NCBI GenBank assembly: GCA_034417075.1
Contig: DAOULU010000038.1
Location: 15,766-79,765 of the forward strand
Direction of reading: 5' to 3'
Length of the DNA: 64,000 nucleotides
From: Anaerolineales bacterium
GTDB taxonomy: Bacteria; Chloroflexota; Anaerolineae; Anaerolineales; E44-bin32
Part shown: positions 1 through 8,415 of the stretch, in pieces
Position numbering within the stretch: position 1 is the stretch's first letter
Layout: every line of letters starts with the position of its first letter
Position numbers and translations under genes: made by a program
The notes under the pieces: generated by a model
What the model was told of the DNA's origin: nothing
What the model saw: the letters and a program-made list of their open reading frames with translations, nothing else
Database searches by the model: none

Positions 1-886
1 TTGCAATTGCGGCGTAATCAGCCATGGCCATGATCACGGTCATATCTTTCTCGGAAAGGACACTGCCCGCCTTGCGATTATCGACACCCAGCACACCAAT
101 TACCCGGCCACGGACTTTGAGCGGCACGTAAATCAATGAGTGAACCAAATAAGATGTCTTGATCTTCTTGGGGGTCGTTTCATCAATGATCACCGGCTCG
201 CCCTTCGAGATGACTTTCCCGGCCAGTGAATCGCGCGTTTCCAGGCGAAAGGCAGTGGCGAAATCTTCATCGAAATTCTTTGAAGCGCGCATGTAGAGTT
301 CGCCTGTTTCTTCCTCCAGAAGCAGTAGACTCCCTTCTTCGGCACCCGTAAGCCGTACCGCAGCTTCCACGACCGTCGTCAGGACTTCGTCCAGATCCAA
401 CATTGCGGTGACCGTGCGGCCGATCATGGATAACGCCTCGAGTTCGTGGATGCGATGCTCGATCGTCTCGGTCTTATCCGCTTTCGCTTTTACCGACCCG
501 TCTTCCATTCGATGTTCCCGTTCAGCGAAAGCGCGGTTAACCGCCTCCAACATCTCCTCGGGCTCGAAGGGTTTCGTGAGCATATCCGTCGCTCCGGCAC
601 GCAAGGCTTGCACCGCCAACGCTTCCGAGCCCTCGCTGGTGACCAATATCGTCGGAATGGTGGGATCCTGACGGTGAAGCCGTTGAATCAATTCGATGCC
701 GGTTAAATTCGGCATTTGCTGATCGGTGATTACCAGAGCGGGTTTGTATTCCTGGACCAACGTCAGCGCGGACAATCCATCCGCCACAGATTTGACCTCA
801 TATCCGGCAGGTGCGAGGATACTCTCCTCCAGACTGAGACGGAAATCCTCGTTATCATCGACGACCAAAATCATCTTTTTACTCAT
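1..886 (-). CDS. Response regulator: CheY-like receiver (REC) followed by GAF domain; C-terminus runs off the window edge
   Basis: Hand translation of the minus strand from ATG at 886: MSKKMILVVDDNEDFRLSLEESILAPAGYEVKSVADGLSALTLVQEYKPALVITDQQMPNLTGIELIQRLHRQDP... This has the DD pair and the phospho-acceptor D in VITD. The frame stays open to position 1. It is absent from the ORF track because no stop lies inside the window. The plus-strand track ORFs at 408-904 are antisense artefacts. Confidence 0.8.
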   Translation of the reverse strand, partial: MSKKMILVVDDNEDFRLSLEESILAPAGYEVKSVADGLSALTLVQEYKPALVITDQQMPNLTGIELIQRLHRQDPTIPTILVTSEGSEALAVQALRAGATDMLTKPFEPEEMLEAVNRAFAEREHRMEDGSVKAKADKTETIEHRIHELEALSMIGRTVTAMLDLDEVLTTVVEAAVRLTGAEEGSLLLLEEETGELYMRASKNFDEDFATAFRLETRDSLAGKVISKGEPVIIDETTPKKIKTSYLVHSLIYVPLKVRGRVIGVLGVDNRKAGSVLSEKDMTVIMAMADYAAIA

Positions 887-904
887 CGTGTTCTGACACT
901 CTAG

Positions 905-913
905 ATCGTAGCA
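905..913 (-). promoter_or_regulatory. Candidate extended -10 element TGCTACGAT (minus strand) upstream of the REC-GAF gene
   Basis: The reverse complement of 905-913 reads TGCTACGAT, 18 nt upstream of ATG 886. It matches the recurrent TGCTAYAAT pattern seen elsewhere in this window. Confidence 0.35.
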
Positions 914-969
914 CAGTCATGTGCGACGGTTGAATAGGAGTTTCGATGCCCATGCAAGTCTCACTGATT

Positions 970-2160
970 TTATGATCCTTCCGTTACCGATCGGGTGTTG
1001 CCGGGGGAAGTCTCAGGTGCTTCATTGACCTGCTTGATCAACGCCATCAAATCCTCGTCTACGGTTTGTAAAGCCTTATTAAGGTTACCTTTCTCAACTC
1101 GCTGCAACAACACGCCAATTTGCGCTCTCGCAGCGCGCAGCCCGCGTTCCAAACCCGCCCGCCATTCTGCCCGGGCTTGAGCGTCCATATTGGCCTCGCC
1201 CATCACGCGCTGTAAATGGTTGGCTCTGGCTTCAAGCGCCTGGAAAAGCCGCGCGTTGACCAGGGAGATCGAAGCGTAATCCGCTACGGCTTCGAGCATT
1301 GCCTGGTCCCGTTCAGAAAACCCGCGACCTTCTTTTCGGGCGACGGCCAGCACACCAATGGGTTTATTGCGCACCTTCACCGGGGCGATCAACGCCGCTT
1401 TCGCGAACTTATCGACTTTGAATTGCGATAATCCCTCCCCTTCGATCGCTAATGACTCTCCGGAAAGCATCACCAAACCACTCACACCGTCATCCCACGT
1501 TTGATGCAGCTTGGTGACGATCCCGGGCGGCATGTCGGCTTGCGCCCGCAGCAACAATTGTCCACTTTTCTCTTCTTCCAACAAGAGCCAGCCCATGTCC
1601 GCCTCGGTGACGAACAGGCTGCCTTCCATGAGCTTGTCGAAGAGCTGACTCTGATGGGTCGTGGAGGTAACCGTCTTGCCGATCCCAAAAAGCGTGGTTA
1701 ATTCGCGCACCCTATGTTCGAGTTGGCGGTTGCTGTCTGCCAATTGCTGGGCGAGACGCTGCCGTTCTCCTCGCAACCGGGTTTCATTGATTGCTCGTTC
1801 CACTGCAGTCAGGACTTCCGCCTCGCGCAGCGGCTTCTTCAAGTAATCGTTTGCGCCCAGACGAAACGCCTGGATGGCGTCCGCCTCCATACCCTCTTGC
1901 GCCATGACGAGCGTGGGAAGTTCTATCCCCTGAGAGCGCAATGCGACGAGAAGATCTTTTCCGCTGAGACCCGGCAAGGTCATGCTAGCGAGAATAAGAT
2001 CCGGCATGAACGAAATCGCCTGCTGAATCGCGGTTGCCGCATTGTTGGCGACCGCGACCTTATAGCCGAGGGGCGAAAGAACCTCTCGCTCTAGAAGGTC
2101 CAGCACGTCGGGGTCTTCGTCGACGACGAGTACCCTTCCCTGATCGGAAGAATCAGTCAT
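970..2160 (-). CDS. Atypical receiver (pseudo-REC) + GAF + C-terminal coiled-coil regulator
   Basis: Track ORF of 396 aa. The N-terminal REC fold is recognisable (VLVVDEDPD ... KKPL). The position aligned to the phospho-acceptor Asp is Ser (PDLILASMTLPG; AGC at 1984-1986). The conserved Thr/Ser is Ala (LVMAQEG). The central region is GAF-like and the tail is heptad-rich. Confidence 0.8.
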   Translation of the reverse strand: MTDSSDQGRVLVVDEDPDVLDLLEREVLSPLGYKVAVANNAATAIQQAISFMPDLILASMTLPGLSGKDLLVALRSQGIELPTLVMAQEGMEADAIQAFRLGANDYLKKPLREAEVLTAVERAINETRLRGERQRLAQQLADSNRQLEHRVRELTTLFGIGKTVTSTTHQSQLFDKLMEGSLFVTEADMGWLLLEEEKSGQLLLRAQADMPPGIVTKLHQTWDDGVSGLVMLSGESLAIEGEGLSQFKVDKFAKAALIAPVKVRNKPIGVLAVARKEGRGFSERDQAMLEAVADYASISLVNARLFQALEARANHLQRVMGEANMDAQARAEWRAGLERGLRAARAQIGVLLQRVEKGNLNKALQTVDEDLMALIKQVNEAPETSPGNTRSVTEGS

Positions 2161-2166
2161 GCCGGT

Positions 2167-2175
2167 ATAATAGCA
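2167..2175 (-). promoter_or_regulatory. Candidate extended -10 TGCTATTAT lying 6 nt upstream of ATG 2160 (leaderless-mRNA candidate); the same bases read TATAAT on the plus strand (2166-2171)
   Basis: The reverse complement of 2167-2175 is TGCTATTAT. Only 6 nt separate it from the start codon and no Shine-Dalgarno is present. Confidence 0.4.
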
Positions 2176-2432
2176 CGGAAGAAATTTCGGGGGGAGTCGA
2201 CCAGCCAGGGTACTTGCCTCGACCGGCCATGCTTTTCATTGAGATTCCGCTCCACTCAACACCTTACGACCACACCCGATGGGCATTTCCTCTGCGACGG
2301 GGCTGCCATAGATTGTCGACCCTGTTTCGTCCAACATGAGGATCGTCTGCGCGAACGACCACGCATTTTCCACATCACGTCGCCAAAAGGCATCGCGACT
2401 GTTAGAATCATGTTAAAGTCGTATGTGGCATC

Positions 2433-2462
2433 TTGACTCTCGTTCTTCTCGCCTCTTAGAAT
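2433..2462 (+). promoter_or_regulatory. Candidate sigma70-type promoter TTGACT-18 nt-TAGAAT for the J-protein/HtrA/eRF1-like gene string
   Basis: TTGACT lies at 2433-2438 and TAGAAT at 2457-2462, 24 nt upstream of ATG 2486. Confidence 0.5.
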
Positions 2463-2485
2463 TCAAAGTAAGGATTCACAACCAC

Positions 2486-3391
2486 ATGGAGTACAAGGAT
2501 TACTATAAAATTCTGGGGGTGGAACGTGACGCTTCGGAAGCGGAAATCAAGCGCGCCTATCGATCGTTGGCGTTGAAATTTCACCCCGATAAAAATCCCT
2601 CCAGTGATGCGACAACCCGTTTTAAAGAGATCAACGAGGCGTATGAAGTCCTCGGCGATCCTCGAAAACGTTCGAAATACGATCAGCTTGGGAGCTCGTA
2701 TAAAGCCTGGGAACGAATGGGCGGACGCGGCGGGAGTTTTGACTGGTCGCAATGGACCAGCGGCTCGCCCAGCGGAGTGCATGTAAATGTCGGTGATCTG
2801 GGCGATCTTTTCGGCGGCTTCTCCGATTTCTTTTCCGCGATCTTCGGAGGTATGCCTCTCCACAGCCAACCATCCGCATCCAGACGTTCCATGCGCGGCC
2901 AAGATATCGAACAATCCATACGAATCAGCCTCGCCGAAGCCTACTCGGGCACGAAGCGAATACTTGAACGAGACGGGCGTAAGCTCGAAGTTGTCATCCC
3001 TGCCGGCGCGAAGAGCGGGATGAAATTGCGCATCAGCGGGCAAGGTCATTCAAGCCAGCGCGGATCGGGTGACCTGTACATCATAGTTAACGTGAACCCC
3101 GATCCGCGTTTTATACGGAAAGGGAACGACCTTTACACAGATGCCCCAGCCGACTTGTATACAGCCTTGTTGGGCGGCGAGACGCGTGTTCCCTATCCAC
3201 AAGGGGAACTCGTTTTGACCGTTCCCCCGGAGAGTCAACCCGGGAAGGTGTTTCGTTTGAAGGGAAAAGGAATGCCGAACGTGCGCGGTGGTTCCAGCGG
3301 CGACCTGTACGCCACGCTCAAAGTCAACCTGCCGGAAAAACTGTCCGCAGAAGAAAAAGAGCTGTTCGAAAGACTATCGAAACTTCGCTAA
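2486..3391 (+). CDS. cbpA: DnaJ-family co-chaperone lacking the zinc-finger domain (class II, CbpA-like)
   Basis: J domain with HPD ([34 protein letters not shown]), followed by a Gly/Phe-rich stretch and DnaJ C-terminal substrate-binding repeats. No CxxCxGxG motif is present. I preferred ATG 2486 to the track start at 2423 because J domains start at the N-terminus. Confidence 0.85.
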   Translation: MEYKDYYKILGVERDASEAEIKRAYRSLALKFHPDKNPSSDATTRFKEINEAYEVLGDPRKRSKYDQLGSSYKAWERMGGRGGSFDWSQWTSGSPSGVHVNVGDLGDLFGGFSDFFSAIFGGMPLHSQPSASRRSMRGQDIEQSIRISLAEAYSGTKRILERDGRKLEVVIPAGAKSGMKLRISGQGHSSQRGSGDLYIIVNVNPDPRFIRKGNDLYTDAPADLYTALLGGETRVPYPQGELVLTVPPESQPGKVFRLKGKGMPNVRGGSSGDLYATLKVNLPEKLSAEEKELFERLSKLR

Positions 3392-3441
3392 TGCCGCCCA
3401 TGGGTCGATATCGAAGAAATTCTAGGTAGAGGAATGAAGTT

Positions 3442-4641
3442 ATGAAAATGAGAAACGGTATTGGCACGATCGTGATTCTGATCTCCTTTCTTGCCACAGT
3501 CACATGCAACAGCTTGTCGACGTTGGGGGAAAACATCATACAAAGTCTGGAACCCACAACCGACACACAAGATTCTCCAGCCGAAACGGAAGGTGAACCG
3601 GTCGATGTTCCGGACAACCAGAGCGTAATCGGAGATCTAGATCTGGCAGATATTTATGATCACGTCTATCCCGGCGTGGTCACGATTTGGACGTATGCCG
3701 ACATCGCAGAGAATGGCGATTCCAGACCATTGGGTCAAGGCTCGGGCTTTGTTGTAGATCAAGACGGTCACATCTTGACCAACCAGCACGTTGTCGAATC
3801 CGCATCCGAAATCGAAGTTGACTTTCCATCCGGATTGAAATCCTGGGCGGAATTAATCGGGACGGATCCCGATTCCGATTTGGCCGTGCTTGAAGTCGAC
3901 GTCCCCGCAGAAGACCTCTTCCCGATTCCGTTCGGAGATTCAGACCAGGTCCGTGTGGGTGAATTCGTCATTGCGGTGGGAAATCCGTTCAACTACGAAG
4001 GGACGATGACGCTCGGTATCGTCTCTTCCAAAGGACGCACCCTGGAATCCATCAACCCGGCTCCCGGCGGAGCGTTCTTTTCCGCCGGTGATTTAATCCA
4101 AACCGATGCCGCGATCAACCCCGGCAACTCGGGAGGGCCTCTTATCAACATGCGCGGGGAGGTCATCGGGATCAATCGGGCTATTTCCACGGAGAGCTTT
4201 AGTCCGACCGGCAACCCCGTTAATTCCGGCGTGGGATTCGCCATACCCATTAACATCGTCCGCCGCGTTTTGCCATTCCTGATCTCGGAAGGGAGTTACG
4301 AGTACCCCTATCTCGGCGTACAAAGTCTTGGGGAGTGGAATCTGCGCAGGATCGAATCGCTGGGCTTGCCACCCGAGGCCCTGGGTGCTTATATCACCTG
4401 CGTGAACGAGGGCAGCCCGGCCGAGGAAGCGGGACTTATCGGCTCCGGAAGCTGCGGAGACCCGGAAGTCCATGCGGGCGGCGATCTGATTATCGCCATC
4501 GACAACCAGCCCATCAGCCGCTTCTCTGAACTGCTTTCGTATCTGCTCAAACACACCGAAGTTGGACAAGTTGTAACGCTGACCATACTGCGCGACGGGG
4601 AAACTATCGATCTGCCGTTGACCATCGGGGCTCGCCCATGA
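3442..4641 (+). CDS. htrA: HtrA/DegP-family periplasmic serine protease with PDZ domain
   Basis: N-terminal hydrophobic anchor, trypsin-like triad context (TNQHVV, DLAVLEV, GNSGGPL) and a C-terminal PDZ-like region. Confidence 0.85.
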   Translation: MKMRNGIGTIVILISFLATVTCNSLSTLGENIIQSLEPTTDTQDSPAETEGEPVDVPDNQSVIGDLDLADIYDHVYPGVVTIWTYADIAENGDSRPLGQGSGFVVDQDGHILTNQHVVESASEIEVDFPSGLKSWAELIGTDPDSDLAVLEVDVPAEDLFPIPFGDSDQVRVGEFVIAVGNPFNYEGTMTLGIVSSKGRTLESINPAPGGAFFSAGDLIQTDAAINPGNSGGPLINMRGEVIGINRAISTESFSPTGNPVNSGVGFAIPINIVRRVLPFLISEGSYEYPYLGVQSLGEWNLRRIESLGLPPEALGAYITCVNEGSPAEEAGLIGSGSCGDPEVHAGGDLIIAIDNQPISRFSELLSYLLKHTEVGQVVTLTILRDGETIDLPLTIGARP

Positions 4642-4690
4642 CGATTCGGTCAGACGAGACGAATTCGAATCTTGCGGATCGGAGGGCGTG

Positions 4691-5797
4691 ATGTTGACGG
4701 AACGAGATCTAAAGGAACTCATCGAACATCGACCTAAGAAGCCAGTTTTGAGTGTTTTTCTGAACACCGATCCTGGATCCGGGTCGAACGAAGTCCATCG
4801 CCTGCAACTGCGTCAAATGTTGAAAGCCTTCGATCAAGAGGCTGAAGATGATGTCGATGCAATCATGCGATTCGTGCAACACGAGTACGATTGGAGCGGC
4901 AGAAGTCTGGTTATATTCTCATGTATCGAAGACGACTTTTTTCGCACCTACTCCCTTTCACTTCCATTGCGTAGTCGAGCGCGCCGCTTAAGTCGGCCGT
5001 ACGTAAAACCGCTGGTCGACTTGATCGATAGTTATGGCCATTACGGCGTTGCTTTGGTCGACAAACAAGGCACGCGGCTCTTCAATTTTCACCTCGGCGA
5101 GTTAAACGAAATCGAGGGGACACTCGGGGAACCCGTGCGGCACACGAAACGCGGCGGAGGATCGCAGAGCCCGGGCAGGAGAGGTGGAGTGGCCGGGCAA
5201 ACACGGTATTCCGAAGAAGTCGCCGAACGCAATTTAAAGGACGCCGCAGATTTTTCGGCCACTTTTTTCGATCAGAATCATGTCCGCCGGGTTCTCATCG
5301 GCGGTACCGAAGAAAACGTGGCTCGATTCCTAGAATTTCTTCCCAAACGATGGAAGTGCCTCGTAATGGGCACATTCCCGATCGCAATGACAGCCGGCCA
5401 CATACAGGTGCTGAACAAGGCAATGGATGCCGCCAAGAAATTCGAAGATGCACGCGAGGCGCGCCTTGTGGAAGCAGTCGTAACTGCAGCCGCGAAAGGA
5501 CATGACGGAGTAATTCGGTTGGGAGACACGTTGGGCGCCGTACAAGCCGGCAACGTGCAGACCCTGGTCGTCAGTGAAGGATACCGCGCAGCGGGATATC
5601 GCTGCGTCAGCTGCCGTTTCATCTCGGAACAGAAACTCGAACGTTGCCCCTTCTGTTCGAGCCCCATCGAAAAAATCGAGGACGCCGTCGAACTCGCCAT
5701 TCGACAGGTTTTGGCCGACGGCGGCGAGGTCGAAGTGCTGCACGATAGCGAGACTTTGAAAAAGGCGGGAAACATCGGGGCGGTGCTGCGCTACTAA
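4691..5797 (+). CDS. Bacterial eRF1/Pelota/Vms1-like (baeRF-type) protein with variant GGQ loop and C-terminal zinc ribbon
   Basis: About 368 aa with a three-domain eRF1-like layout. The loop HTKRGGGSQS (5150-5167) parallels the eRF1 HGRGGQSA loop. CVSC...CPFC lies at 5603-5656. ATG 4691 has a GGAGGG Shine-Dalgarno 4 nt upstream, so I preferred it to GTG 4688. Confidence 0.65.
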   Translation: MLTERDLKELIEHRPKKPVLSVFLNTDPGSGSNEVHRLQLRQMLKAFDQEAEDDVDAIMRFVQHEYDWSGRSLVIFSCIEDDFFRTYSLSLPLRSRARRLSRPYVKPLVDLIDSYGHYGVALVDKQGTRLFNFHLGELNEIEGTLGEPVRHTKRGGGSQSPGRRGGVAGQTRYSEEVAERNLKDAADFSATFFDQNHVRRVLIGGTEENVARFLEFLPKRWKCLVMGTFPIAMTAGHIQVLNKAMDAAKKFEDAREARLVEAVVTAAAKGHDGVIRLGDTLGAVQAGNVQTLVVSEGYRAAGYRCVSCRFISEQKLERCPFCSSPIEKIEDAVELAIRQVLADGGEVEVLHDSETLKKAGNIGAVLRY

Positions 5798-5825
5798 ACC
5801 AATACCTAATAGGATGAAAGAGAAC

Positions 5826-5863
5826 AAAAAATCGCGACGCTGTGCACAGCGTCGCGATTTTCA
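5826..5863. terminator. Bidirectional intrinsic terminator (perfect 14-16 bp palindrome flanked by A- and T-runs)
   Basis: AAAAATCGCGACGCTGTGCACAGCGTCGCGATTTT lies between convergent genes that end at 5797 (+) and 5886 (-). Confidence 0.8.
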
Positions 5864-5885
5864 TGGCGCTAATCCTTTTTACCGG

Positions 5886-6548
5886 TCACTCCGAGAACAG
5901 GGAACGTTCCAGAGCGAGAAGGTTAGAGGTGAGGCGCTCGAGATCTTGATCAAGAGAAAGCGCATCTTGTCCCAAATTATCCAGCAATTCTGCCAATTGA
6001 TCTCGAAGTGCTTGTACGGCCGTCGTTCCATCCGCACCGAGCCCGGCTTGCAAACTCGCCAGGCGATCATCGGTGCCCGCTAAAGCGGCACGAATTCCTA
6101 CCAGATCATCTTGCCCTAGGGCAACGCGCGCAGAAGAAACATCGACCAGGGCGTTGACCAACTGTACGTGCAGGTTCGCCTCATCGGCTTGCGCCTGGAT
6201 ATCGGCGATCTTTGCGTCACAATCTGCGCGGACGGATTCTTCAATCGTCGCACGTTCCGCCCCAAGAGTCGAGACTTGGCTCTGGAGGTCGTCTCTCTCC
6301 GCTCGGAGGTCACGCACCAGCGTGAACCAGGCGACCCCTACGCCCAGCCCAAAAACGACGGCCAAACCGATCACCCACAGCAAGAGTTTGCGCACGAATC
6401 CCTTGACCCGGTCCATTCGCCCGGAGGGGGGTTTCTGCTTCTTTACCGTCTTTTTCTTCCCGCGGGGCTTTTCTACTACATCGCTCGATGCAGCTGCTGC
6501 ATCAAAATCCGAGCGTTGTTCTTCGTCACGTTCATCATTAGGAACCAT
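5886..6548 (-). CDS. Single-pass membrane protein: basic N-terminal tail, TM helix, coiled-coil ectodomain (uncharacterised)
   Basis: Lys-rich tail (KPRGKKKTVKKQKPP), TM helix (LLLWVIGLAVVFGLGVGVAWF) and a heptad-rich remainder. ATG 6548 has a GAGGAGG Shine-Dalgarno 6 nt upstream. The gene overlaps the upstream gene's stop by 11 nt. Confidence 0.7.
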   Translation of the reverse strand: MVPNDERDEEQRSDFDAAAASSDVVEKPRGKKKTVKKQKPPSGRMDRVKGFVRKLLLWVIGLAVVFGLGVGVAWFTLVRDLRAERDDLQSQVSTLGAERATIEESVRADCDAKIADIQAQADEANLHVQLVNALVDVSSARVALGQDDLVGIRAALAGTDDRLASLQAGLGADGTTAVQALRDQLAELLDNLGQDALSLDQDLERLTSNLLALERSLFSE

Positions 6549-7428
6549 CAACATCCTCCTCTGGCACAGATTCTGTGGGCTGTGATGTTGGAGTTACAGT
6601 CGCCGTGGGCATCACAGAATAATCCGTCGCCTCGATCAGTAATTTCCAGGCAATTTCCAACTCGTCGGCGGCGATGACCGGTGATTGACGCACGTCATCA
6701 AGTGCCAAATCCAGCCGCTTGACAATCGATTCCAGCGTATCGATCTCCTCCGGCGTCCCTTGCTCGATCATCGCATTCAAAACAGCGGCTGCCGCCGAGA
6801 TATCCTCACTGGCAAGACCCAGGTTATCATGAATCAAAGACACCCGAGCTCTCGTCAGCAGGGACATCGTGCGTACCAATTGCAATTGGTAATGAAGCTG
6901 ATGCGCCGGAATACCCAGCGCCGCAAGCTCCGCCTCGAGCTCATCGACTCGATCCGCGAGTCCCAGGATGGTTAACTCAACCTCACTAACATCACCCGGC
7001 AGGAGCGCCAATTCGGACACCTCATCCGCATGCTCATCCTGTACGCTGCGCAGCCGTTCCACCCGAGCTTCCAGCGCAGCCAGATCCTCCGCTTGAATGG
7101 CCAGCCGCCCCTCGAGATCGACCAGACGCTCCTCGAGTTGGTCCATTTGGGTTTCGACCATTTCGTTCGATGACGTCAGGTTCTGCTCCATCTGGTCCAA
7201 TCGCTGCGAGTTTTCCTGCACCGGCGCGATGAAATCTCGATACAATTTAGGGATCCCATAGTATGCCCCAGCGCCCAAGCCGATTCCAAGAATGAGGACG
7301 ACGATAATTCTCAAGAGGAAACCGAGAAAGCGCTGAAAGACGCTCGGTTCACTTTCCTCATCTACATCCTCATATTCATCTTCATCTTCCACTTCTTCCC
7401 ATTCGGGGCTTTCGAATTCTTCTTCCAT
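6538..7428 (-). CDS. Single-pass membrane protein: acidic N-terminal tail, TM helix, long coiled coil, Thr/Pro tail (uncharacterised)
   Basis: EEEFESPEWEEVEDEDEYEDVDEESE tail, TM helix (FLGFLLRIIVVLILGIGLGAGAYYGI) and a long heptad region. I preferred ATG 7428, preceded by GGAGAA, to the TTG start at 7440 used in the track. Confidence 0.7.
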   Translation of the reverse strand: MEEEFESPEWEEVEDEDEYEDVDEESEPSVFQRFLGFLLRIIVVLILGIGLGAGAYYGIPKLYRDFIAPVQENSQRLDQMEQNLTSSNEMVETQMDQLEERLVDLEGRLAIQAEDLAALEARVERLRSVQDEHADEVSELALLPGDVSEVELTILGLADRVDELEAELAALGIPAHQLHYQLQLVRTMSLLTRARVSLIHDNLGLASEDISAAAAVLNAMIEQGTPEEIDTLESIVKRLDLALDDVRQSPVIAADELEIAWKLLIEATDYSVMPTATVTPTSQPTESVPEEDVDGS

Positions 7429-7448
7429 TTTGTTCTCCAACTAAATCA

Positions 7449-8264
7449 TCAGGGAGTCGTCGTGTCCAAAACCGGCAACGCTTCCATAATCAGCTGCCTT
7501 AGGCCTTGGAGAAATTGGTCGAATCGTTCGATAGAGTGCGTAATCGAATCGATATCCGCATGAATACCTTCGATCTGGGTCTGCATCTCGGCGACATCAT
7601 CGAGCGAACCGGAAACATCCTCACGCAGTGTGGTGAACTGGTCTTCCACAATCTGCACGCGTCCACTCAAGCCTTCGATCGCCTCCAGGCGGAGGTTGAT
7701 GGCATCCAATCTCGAAACAGCGCCATCCACTTCGACCTGAAGCGCTCCGAGTTGGCTTTCCAATTGACGTACTGCGGCATGCTTTCCCAAATCCAAAGTG
7801 CCATTGATGCCGGCGATGACCGATAGGGTCAACAGTATGGAAAGTAGCACGCTGACACCTATCGTTATGATCATGAGACCCCATTGTTCTTGCGCGATGG
7901 AAAGCGAAAATGGCAGCAGCGGTTGTCGCTTGCTTTTCGAGCGTTTGGGTCCAGCAGCGATTTTAGGCCGCCGCCCATCCACCGATGTTCCCTGCTTCGA
8001 GAGCGCCTTGTCCTCTTTCCCTGCTTCAACAGAATGAGCTACGGTTGCGTCGGATTCCGCACCGGATTCGAAGTGTAAAAATGGTTCCAGTCGAGCCAAA
8101 GTCGAAGGACCCAGGCCGTTGACGCGCTGCATGTCCTCGAGGTCTTCGAAGGGACGAGCATCCAGTATACGCTGTCCCATCGCTTCACCAACGCCAGGCA
8201 AAGTCATCAGTGTTTCCAGATCTGCGGCGTTCGGATTGACGACGATCTTATCTTCTGCTGTCAT
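7449..8264 (-). CDS. Membrane protein with N-terminal ComEA-type helix-hairpin-helix DNA-binding module, TM helix and coiled-coil C-terminus
   Basis: HhH pair (LMTLPGVGEAMGQRILDARPF ... VNGLGPSTLARLEPFL), a basic stretch (RRPKIAAGPKRSKSKRQ), a TM helix (WGLMIITIGVSVLLSILLTLSVIAG) and a heptad-rich tail. A GGAAGGA Shine-Dalgarno lies upstream. Confidence 0.75.
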   Translation of the reverse strand: MTAEDKIVVNPNAADLETLMTLPGVGEAMGQRILDARPFEDLEDMQRVNGLGPSTLARLEPFLHFESGAESDATVAHSVEAGKEDKALSKQGTSVDGRRPKIAAGPKRSKSKRQPLLPFSLSIAQEQWGLMIITIGVSVLLSILLTLSVIAGINGTLDLGKHAAVRQLESQLGALQVEVDGAVSRLDAINLRLEAIEGLSGRVQIVEDQFTTLREDVSGSLDDVAEMQTQIEGIHADIDSITHSIERFDQFLQGLRQLIMEALPVLDTTTP

Positions 8265-8290
8265 CTTATCCTTCCCATGATCTGTATCGA

Positions 8291-8351
8291 TCGAACGACT
8301 CGAACGTTACGGCTCGAACACCCCTATAGGTATTTACGTAAGATTCGAACG
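8291..8351. promoter_or_regulatory. Cluster of four direct TCGAAC(G/A) heptamers upstream of the coiled-coil operon
   Basis: TCGAACG at 8291, 8300 and 8345, and TCGAACA at 8314. All lie in the 151-nt gap between the rhomboid stop (8416) and the HhH gene start (8264). Confidence 0.35.
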
Positions 8352-8415
8352 AGAGTTTCCCCTCTTTATACACCGGTTCAACGAATTCTGCTGTCGGACG
8401 ACCGGAACGGTAAAG

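Noticed and set aside
408-904. Three plus-strand track ORFs at the left edge.
   Set aside because: The minus strand here encodes a clean REC domain, translated by hand, that was missed only because it lacks an in-window stop.
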